Of a DNA stretch of 21,998 nucleotides, positions 16,207 through 21,998 are shown piece after piece. The translations under genes were made by a program, and so were the position numbers. Below the pieces are notes generated by a model. It searched no databases and was not told where the DNA came from. It saw only the letters and a program-made list of their open reading frames with translations. Numbering within the stretch: the first letter of the stretch is position 1; each line of letters opens with the position of its first letter. Source of the stretch: Candidatus Hodarchaeota archaeon. GTDB taxonomy: Archaea; Asgardarchaeota; Heimdallarchaeia; Hodarchaeales; Hodarchaeaceae. The DNA lies in NCBI GenBank assembly GCA_016840035.1, contig JAEOTC010000042.1, positions 1 to 21,998 on the forward strand, given 5' to 3'.

Positions 16207-18138
16207 CTATTTTCTTCGTCGTCTGGATAATACAGCAGCGGTTGTAATGACTGCAATAGCTGCGAAAAGACCAAATCCTGGGGCATCACCATCATCTGTG
16301 GTTTCATCGGTTGTAGTAGTAGGACCGGTACCAGGATCTGTGGTAGTTGTTGGGGGTTCAGGGACATCCCGGATATCCCATCTCCAGGGGTCGTAACGTA
16401 ACAAACTGATATATTCACCAGGTACATATTCGTTCCATTTGAAAGGACCAGTTCCAATCATTTGGGCATTTGTCGGAATGAAGGTTGTAAAGTCAGCTTC
16501 ATGTGGTTCCCAAATATGCTTGGGGACAATATATGTTCCCCCGTCTCCACCTCCAGATGCAGCAGCCCATTCGAAGTAGCCTGTTTTATTTACATATATT
16601 TCTACAGTATAGTCATCTGGTGTAGTCACATTATAGATATCATCTATTTCAGGAGCTCTTTGCGGACTTTGGGGCCATACAGTATCGAAGGAATACTTTA
16701 CATCCTCGGAAGTAAAGGGTGTTCCATCATGCCAGGTCACATTGTCATAAAGAGTGAACGAGAACTTTTGACCATCTTGAACCCAAGCACCACCGACACC
16801 TGCGCTTGTTGATTCTATATCCCAATCGTAGGCTAATCCAGGAATTGGATCCCATGTGTTTGGATCAAGATTCCAAAGAGTTTCATAGACATATTGCATA
16901 ACTGTGGCTTCATATCCAGTAGAGGTTAAGATACAGCTTGTTGTATCAAGAGTTTCTGATAGAATATATTTGAAAACACCACCCAAGTCGCCACCTATTT
17001 TGCGTACTTTGGTAGCAACATATGGATTTCCTCCATTGGTTACACCTAAGCCTGCGAATTCGAAGAATCCTTCATATTCATCAGTTCGGTAGGCATTAAT
17101 GTTAGCATCATTATAACAAACAATTAATGGTTGTTCATATGCTAGCATTTCTGTTGCTTGACGTGCGTATGTCTTGACATCTTCTTGTGTAGTAGCTGCA
17201 TTCATCTGATCTAGAACAGCATCGATAGTATCGTTACTAAATCTATAATAGAGTGCGTTATCAGGGGTATCAGTTCTGAAATAGTCGTATAGAACTTTTG
17301 GGGGATTCACAACTGGAAGGTTTTCTGTCCAACAGGCAACCCAGTGCTCTCCTGCTTCAATTGCATTCACTAAAGTATTCCAGTCTTTCTCCACAACTGA
17401 GGCATGTAGACCCATTTCGGTCATTCCTTCAGCGGTAACTGAAGTAGCAGCAATTGCAGGACCATACTCTAATGTAGGCCATAATTCTACTTGTAACAAT
17501 GCGTCATCGTCGTCTAGATCTCCAGCAGACCAATCGCCGCTCATATCAGCATCGTATTCACGCCAACCATCACCATCTAAATCTCTGAATCCTGATGCTT
17601 CAAGTGAAGCATTTCCAGAGATGATATCTTTCTCATAGAAGTGGGTTGGGAGTTGATCTTCAACTTGCCATTCGGTCGCAATAACTGGGACATAGCTGTC
17701 CAAGGGTACACCAGCGCCTCCAACTGCTTCTGTATTGACTCTATATTTGTCCATACCGAAAGCCATTGCACGGCGGAATCCTGTAATATTGATCGGGAAC
17801 TTTTGGCTGTTTAAAACGAGTACCCGGTAGGATGAACCTAAACTAACTCTTACTTCGATATCAGGATCTGCAACGAGTCCTGGAAGATAAGTACTCAGTA
17901 CTCGCTCATCGTAAGCATCCTGTTCACCTGCTTGCAAGGCTAACATTGCTTGAGGGATTTCTGATGTTGTGAACACCGTAAATACCAATTCATCAATGTA
18001 AGCTCCATGAGGCTTAAAGTCAGAAGCCCATAGAGATGCAGATGTGGAGCTCATTGGTGTAGCAACAGCAGTACTGAAGCACACAAGTGCCATTACAGTC
18101 AATGCGGTGCCGAGGGTCAAAATTTTTATTTTTCCCAT
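16207..18138 (-). CDS. Family-5 (OppA/DppA-like) ABC substrate-binding protein, circularly permuted, with signal peptide, Thr/Pro linker and PGF-CTERM-like anchor
   Basis: VYETLW...PGLAYDW...NVTWHDGTPFTSEDVKYSF...IGTGPFK lie in the C-terminal half. FRRAMAFGMDK lies in the N-terminal half. Tail PPTTTTDPGTGPTTTTDETT...APGFGLFAAIAVITTAAVLSRRRRK. Confidence 0.9.
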   Translation of the reverse strand: MGKIKILTLGTALTVMALVCFSTAVATPMSSTSASLWASDFKPHGAYIDELVFTVFTTSEIPQAMLALQAGEQDAYDERVLSTYLPGLVADPDIEVRVSLGSSYRVLVLNSQKFPINITGFRRAMAFGMDKYRVNTEAVGGAGVPLDSYVPVIATEWQVEDQLPTHFYEKDIISGNASLEASGFRDLDGDGWREYDADMSGDWSAGDLDDDDALLQVELWPTLEYGPAIAATSVTAEGMTEMGLHASVVEKDWNTLVNAIEAGEHWVACWTENLPVVNPPKVLYDYFRTDTPDNALYYRFSNDTIDAVLDQMNAATTQEDVKTYARQATEMLAYEQPLIVCYNDANINAYRTDEYEGFFEFAGLGVTNGGNPYVATKVRKIGGDLGGVFKYILSETLDTTSCILTSTGYEATVMQYVYETLWNLDPNTWDPIPGLAYDWDIESTSAGVGGAWVQDGQKFSFTLYDNVTWHDGTPFTSEDVKYSFDTVWPQSPQRAPEIDDIYNVTTPDDYTVEIYVNKTGYFEWAAASGGGDGGTYIVPKHIWEPHEADFTTFIPTNAQMIGTGPFKWNEYVPGEYISLLRYDPWRWDIRDVPEPPTTTTDPGTGPTTTTDETTDDGDAPGFGLFAAIAVITTAAVLSRRRRK

Positions 18139-18148
18139 ATTTAATCAT

Positions 18149-18178
18149 TCCAATTTTTGGTTATATCCAATTTTTGGT
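18149..18178. repeat. 13-bp direct repeat TCCAATTTTTGGT x2 just upstream of the SBP start
   Basis: Identical copies at 18149-18161 and 18166-18178. Each contains the palindrome CCAA-N3-TTGG. Confidence 0.7.
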
Positions 18179-18252
18179 AGTATCCTAGAAAATAAACCAG
18201 GATGGATAGCATAATTGTAGTTCAATGCTATGAGCATGAAATTTGTAAACAT

Positions 18253-18579
18253 CTTTTTAAACTCATTGATATGTGAAAATATCAGCAGAAAAAAAACAAA
18301 ACTTCCCATTGCCTTTATAAGATAGTTGAATGTGGCAATCTTTTGGGGAGGAAATCCCTCCGTCTAGGCACCCCTTTTTAAATACTTCTATAGGTGAAAT
18401 TTTTTTTTAAGAACATTGAATGATGCAATCTTTAAGCTGGAAAAACAGATGTTATTTGTCCCTGTATTAAAAGTTAACGAATGATGAAATTTGCTTTTAA
18501 AGTAATTGAATGATGCAATAACATTGAGAAAAATGAATTGTAGAGTATCAAATGATTTTTACACACTGACAGACGAAAT
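18253..18579. promoter_or_regulatory. Array of seven 15-bp quasi-palindromes (consensus ATTGAATGATGCAAT), each next to a TTTWWAA-like tract, phased on a 30-bp lattice
   Basis: Copies start at 18265, 18325, 18386, 18415, 18476, 18505 and 18565. The copies at 18415 and 18505 are identical. Confidence 0.7.
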
Positions 18580-18608
18580 TAACCCGAATCGTTCAAAGCA
18601 AAATTCTT

Positions 18609-18947
18609 TCATTCTTTGATTTCGTAAGATGTATTGCTCCCTTTCTTTTTACTGTCATTGTTTTTTTCTACTAATTGTTCGGAAAGTTCAATTTTTTCCC
18701 GGAAAGATGATTGTTTCTGAGATGATTTTGCGATTGTCTTTGCTGAAAGGTAAATGGCTAAAATTCCTACAAGAAGCGCTCCAAGAGTTAGGATTCCAAT
18801 CAGAATTAGTAAGTAGGCAAGTAAAGCTACCCCTGAATCTGAGGGATCCTGGAAGCTCAGTATTAGTATCCCGAATACGATCAGTAGTATTGGTACTAAT
18901 AGTACCGATCTTCGGTAATCAATGGTAAATTCTTGTGATTCTGATAT
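18609..18947 (-). CDS. Unannotated 112-aa two-TM membrane protein with a probable ATA start
   Basis: Open frame (I)SESQEFTIDYRRSVLLVPILLIVFGILILSFQDPSDSGVALLAYLLILIGILTLGALLVGILAIYLSAKTIAKSSQKQSSFREKIELSEQLVEKNNDSKKKGSNTSYEIKE*. RBS GAAGGT lies 7 nt upstream, and the start is about 20 nt after the previous stop. Confidence 0.7.
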   Translation of the reverse strand: MSESQEFTIDYRRSVLLVPILLIVFGILILSFQDPSDSGVALLAYLLILIGILTLGALLVGILAIYLSAKTIAKSSQKQSSFREKIELSEQLVEKNNDSKKKGSNTSYEIKE

Positions 18948-18966
18948 AATCGCTACCTTCTTTCTC

Positions 18967-19362
18967 TTAATTTATTGTGAATTCATGGATGAGATTTTCA
19001 ATAGAGTTCTGAATACTCTCAACTTGTAATATCAAATATTGTGCTCGTTCAGGAAGGTCAACAAGCTTTTCTGACATAGTGATTAAGTCGGTTGTGAGAA
19101 TTCTAGTAATCTGTGGTTTTACAGGATGGTTTCGCTCCTCAAGAACCTGTTCCATTTCCTTTAGTCTTGTATCAACCTTTAATAGATCTAGAGAAGTTTT
19201 TCTTGCCATTGATTTCTGCTGCATGAATTGTCCTGCGGGAAAGAACATTCGCCACATGACATTTCGCGTTTTCGAACTCAGAATATCATCCATTTGGTGT
19301 AAACAGACCTTAAGGAGTTGATTGATACTCTTCAATTCCTCTATGATGACCTTCTGAATCAT
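18967..19362 (-). CDS. Hypothetical soluble, probably helical protein
   Basis: 131-aa ORF co-oriented downstream of oppF. No motif recognised. Confidence 0.65.
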   Translation of the reverse strand: MIQKVIIEELKSINQLLKVCLHQMDDILSSKTRNVMWRMFFPAGQFMQQKSMARKTSLDLLKVDTRLKEMEQVLEERNHPVKPQITRILTTDLITMSEKLVDLPERAQYLILQVESIQNSIENLIHEFTIN

Positions 19363-19403
19363 ATTCTCACAATCCTTTTTGTTGATTAATCATCTCTCGG
19401 TAA

Positions 19404-20459
19404 TTATTCTATTTGAGAAGCTTCTATAAGCGTATCACGAGGATCAAAATCCAGTTTGAGGGGTTCTTGAGGGAACCAGCATGATGAAAAATGACCAGGT
19501 TCAACTTCCTCTAATGGAGGTTCCTCAGAAAAGCATTTTTGCTTTGCATACTTACACCTTGGAGAGAAAAGACATCCAGGTGGAGGATTAATTGGACTTC
19601 CAGGTTCTCCAGGAAGTATTTCTCGTTTACGCATTCGCGTTGGATTTGGTGAAGGTACTGCCGATATTAATGCTCTGCTGTATGGATGAATTGCTCCATG
19701 AATAACCTGCTTGATCGATCCTTTTTCCATGACTTTGCCCAGATACATGATCGCGATTTTATCTCCGATATAACTAGCAACGGATAGATCGTGCGTTACG
19801 TAAATATATGCTATTTGAAATTCGCTACGGATTTTTTGGAGGAGATTAAGAATCTCGGAACGGATTGAGACATCTAGCATTGAAACTGGTTCATCTGCTA
19901 CAATAAATCTTGGATTTACAACTATTGCTCTTGCGATGGCAACTCGTTGACGTTGTCCACCACTAAGCTCGTGTGGATAACGAAATGTGAATTCCTCTGC
20001 TGGTGTTAGTTGAACTGCTTCAAAAGCTTTAACTACCCGTTCTTCTTCTTCACTTGAGGATGAAACTAGTTTATTTAACCGTAGAGGTTCTGCGACTGTA
20101 TCATAAAGACTCAATCGTGGATTTAAAGACGAATACGGGTCTTGAAAAATCGTCTGAATCTTTGCTCGCAATTTTCTTAGATCTCTATGACTTAGATTAG
20201 AGAGATTTTTTCCTTCAATGTAAACTTCTCCATCAGAAGGTTCTATCAAGCCTATTAGTAATTTTCCGATTGTAGTCTTTCCACAACCAGATTCTCCTGC
20301 TAAACAGTACATGTCATTTTGGAAAATATCCAAATCTATTCCGTCAACCGCTTTTAACCACACTTCGTGTCCTCGGAGTTGGGAGAAAAAATCATTACGT
20401 ACTGGAAACCATTTCCTTAGTTTGCGACACGAAACTAGTGGATCACTACTATTAATCAT
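19404..20459 (-). CDS. oppF: Oligo/dipeptide ABC transporter ATPase (OppF/DppF-like)
   Basis: GESGCGKTT, IFQDPYSSLNPR, YPHELSGGQRQR, ADEPVSMLD, HPYSRALISAVP, PPPGCLFSPRC. Confidence 0.93.
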   Translation of the reverse strand: MINSSDPLVSCRKLRKWFPVRNDFFSQLRGHEVWLKAVDGIDLDIFQNDMYCLAGESGCGKTTIGKLLIGLIEPSDGEVYIEGKNLSNLSHRDLRKLRAKIQTIFQDPYSSLNPRLSLYDTVAEPLRLNKLVSSSSEEEERVVKAFEAVQLTPAEEFTFRYPHELSGGQRQRVAIARAIVVNPRFIVADEPVSMLDVSIRSEILNLLQKIRSEFQIAYIYVTHDLSVASYIGDKIAIMYLGKVMEKGSIKQVIHGAIHPYSRALISAVPSPNPTRMRKREILPGEPGSPINPPPGCLFSPRCKYAKQKCFSEEPPLEEVEPGHFSSCWFPQEPLKLDFDPRDTLIEASQIE

Positions 20460-21463
20460 AATTTTACCTTCTGAATGACTTGATTATACTTTTCTGAAGC
20501 TATACGTCCTGATGAAAGGTGACACGCAACAAAATGATCTTTTTTAAGTTCTTCTATTTGTGGATCCTCAGTCCTGCATACTTCTTGACTGTACTCACAT
20601 CTGGGGTGGAATCTACAGCCTGTTGGTGGTTTGAGTAAATTTGGCGGTGACCCCGGAATTGATGCTAGTGACTGATTGCTTGATTTCTCGATTGAAGGGA
20701 TAGACGCAATTAATCCTTGTGAATATGGGTGTAAAGGTTGGGCAAATATTTCTTTTACGGACCCTGATTCCACAATTTTCCCTGCATACATGATGATGAC
20801 TTTTTTACATGTTTCAGCCACCACGGAGAGGTCATGGGTAATTAGCATGAGTGTGATCCCTAAATCGTTCACAAGTTTTTTCAGGAGCTCCATAATCTGT
20901 GCTTGAACCGTTACATCTAAAGCTGTTGTAGGTTCATCTGCAATTAGAAATTTAGGATTACATGCTAAGGCCATTACAATCATGGCTCTTTGCTTCATTC
21001 CACCACTAAATTCAAATGGATAATTGTTTATTCTATTTGGATCCATTCCTACAAGTTTGAATAATTCTCTTGCAGATTTAAGTGCTTCACTTTTGGAAAT
21101 TGAGGGATTATGAGTCCTTATTGCTTCGGTGATTTGATCTTTGACTCGTATTATTGGATTCAGAGCATTCATTGCTCCTTGAAAAACCATTGAGATTTTA
21201 GTCCACCGATAACGTCGCATTTGTTCCTCGGATAATGTTACAAGATCCTCATTATCAAGGAGAATCTTCCCATCCATTATTTCTCCAGGGAATGGCAACA
21301 TTCGTAGGATACTGAATGCAACTGTACTCTTCCCACATCCTGATTCGCCAACAAGGCCTACAGAATCCCCTTTTTCAATATTGAAGGAAATATCTTCAAC
21401 AGCTTTGCATTCTCCACGTTTCATACAATAATAAATTTTCAGATCTTCAACTCGGAGTGACAT
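20456..21463 (-). CDS. oppD: Oligo/dipeptide ABC transporter ATPase (OppD/DppD-like)
   Basis: GESGCGKST, FSGGMKQR, ADEPTTALDVTVQAQI, GCRFHPRC. True start is probably MSLRVEDL at 21463, behind a GGTGA RBS, rather than 21604. Confidence 0.93.
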   Translation of the reverse strand: MSLRVEDLKIYYCMKRGECKAVEDISFNIEKGDSVGLVGESGCGKSTVAFSILRMLPFPGEIMDGKILLDNEDLVTLSEEQMRRYRWTKISMVFQGAMNALNPIIRVKDQITEAIRTHNPSISKSEALKSARELFKLVGMDPNRINNYPFEFSGGMKQRAMIVMALACNPKFLIADEPTTALDVTVQAQIMELLKKLVNDLGITLMLITHDLSVVAETCKKVIIMYAGKIVESGSVKEIFAQPLHPYSQGLIASIPSIEKSSNQSLASIPGSPPNLLKPPTGCRFHPRCEYSQEVCRTEDPQIEELKKDHFVACHLSSGRIASEKYNQVIQKVKL

Positions 21464-21492
21464 TTCGTTTTCACCATTTCCTAAATCATATG

Positions 21493-21998
21493 TTACAATT
21501 TTCGATGTCGAGGATTCATCGCGATATCGACGGCATATCCAATGAATACAAATCCCATTGAAAGAAGGACGATCATTACTCCTGGAGGGATAACAAACCA
21601 CCATGCACCATTCATTAAAGCACCTGTCGCGTAACTAGCTTGAAGCATGTGTCCCCAAGAAACCAGATTTTGAGGAGTTAAACCAAGGAAACTTAGTCCT
21701 GATTCAGAAAGTATTGCCCCTGAAACACCAGTAGCAAGTTGAACGAATACTAAAGTCAGAACATTTGGAAACACGTGTTTGAAAATGACATATACATCAC
21801 CAGCTCCAGCTGCTCGTGCAGCTTCGACGTATGCTTTTTCTTTCTCAACTAAGACCTGCGAGCGGATAATCCTTGAAGGTCCAGGCCATGCGAATATGGC
21901 GATTATCATCGTAGTTACTTCTATACTCGGACTTAGGACCGCTGCAAGCACCATCATAATTGGTAAAGTAGGGATTATCAAAAAGAAATCCACTATAC
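21493..21998 (-). CDS. oppC: Oligo/dipeptide ABC permease (OppC/DppC-like), 5' truncated by the window edge
   Basis: EAA motif YVEAARAAGA, KHVFPN, ESGLSFLGL, SWGHML, WWFVIPPG. Confidence 0.92.
   Translation of the reverse strand, partial: IVDFFLIIPTLPIMMVLAAVLSPSIEVTTMIIAIFAWPGPSRIIRSQVLVEKEKAYVEAARAAGAGDVYVIFKHVFPNVLTLVFVQLATGVSGAILSESGLSFLGLTPQNLVSWGHMLQASYATGALMNGAWWFVIPPGVMIVLLSMGFVFIGYAVDIAMNPRHRKL

Noticed and set aside
18253-18579. CRISPR array interpretation of the phased repeats
   Set aside because: Copies are too degenerate, spacing alternates between about 29 and 60-61 bp, and no cas genes are present.
18629-18928. 99-aa plus-strand ORF from the track
   Set aside because: It is the antisense shadow of the better-supported minus-strand membrane gene 18609-18947.
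5125-20906. Other short overlapping ORFs in the track (5125, 5884, 6372, 6556, 7238, 7381, 10944, 12030, 13452, 13914, 14028, 16127, 16164, 16462, 16904, 17577, 19079, 20676)
   Set aside because: All lie largely antisense to or out of frame within better-supported genes and show no recognisable motifs.
21464-21604. 47-aa N-terminal extension of OppD in the ORF track
   Set aside because: It overlaps the oppC 3' end in another frame, and a GGTGA RBS supports the ATG at 21463.

Overview
AT-rich archaeal chromosomal window. Evidence for an archaeon: GGTGA/GGAG ribosome-binding sites, BRE/TATA-like promoters and a PGF-type sorting tail. An Asgard/Heimdallarchaeia-like source is my inference only. 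Left to right it contains: (1) the end of an HdrA/Qmo-like redox operon (HdrA-like, small winged-helix protein, QmoC-like HdrC + membrane fusion); (2) a truncated HAD hydrolase; (3) a 7-gene minus-strand operon resembling the 'orange protein' (ORP) cluster: DUF134 regulator, two NifB/NifX proteins, two MinD-ferredoxin ATPases, a CDF-NifX fusion transporter and a ZIP transporter, preceded by twin 20-bp palindromes; (4) a divergent, decaying arm with an unannotated COG0731 radical-SAM fragment, a Cys-rich orphan and a doubly broken MBL-fold gene; (5) a membrane protein + wHTH regulator pair divergent from an ABC-2 exporter, with TTCTG-N5-CAGAA sites between them; (6) feoAB; (7) an Opp/Dpp peptide ABC system. 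Its substrate-binding protein is circularly permuted and PGF-CTERM anchored, and is preceded by an array of 15-bp quasi-palindromes on a 30-bp lattice and by an unannotated two-TM gene with no canonical start codon. No rRNA, tRNA, CRISPR array or mobile element was recognised. All family assignments come from motif recognition by eye, not database searches.
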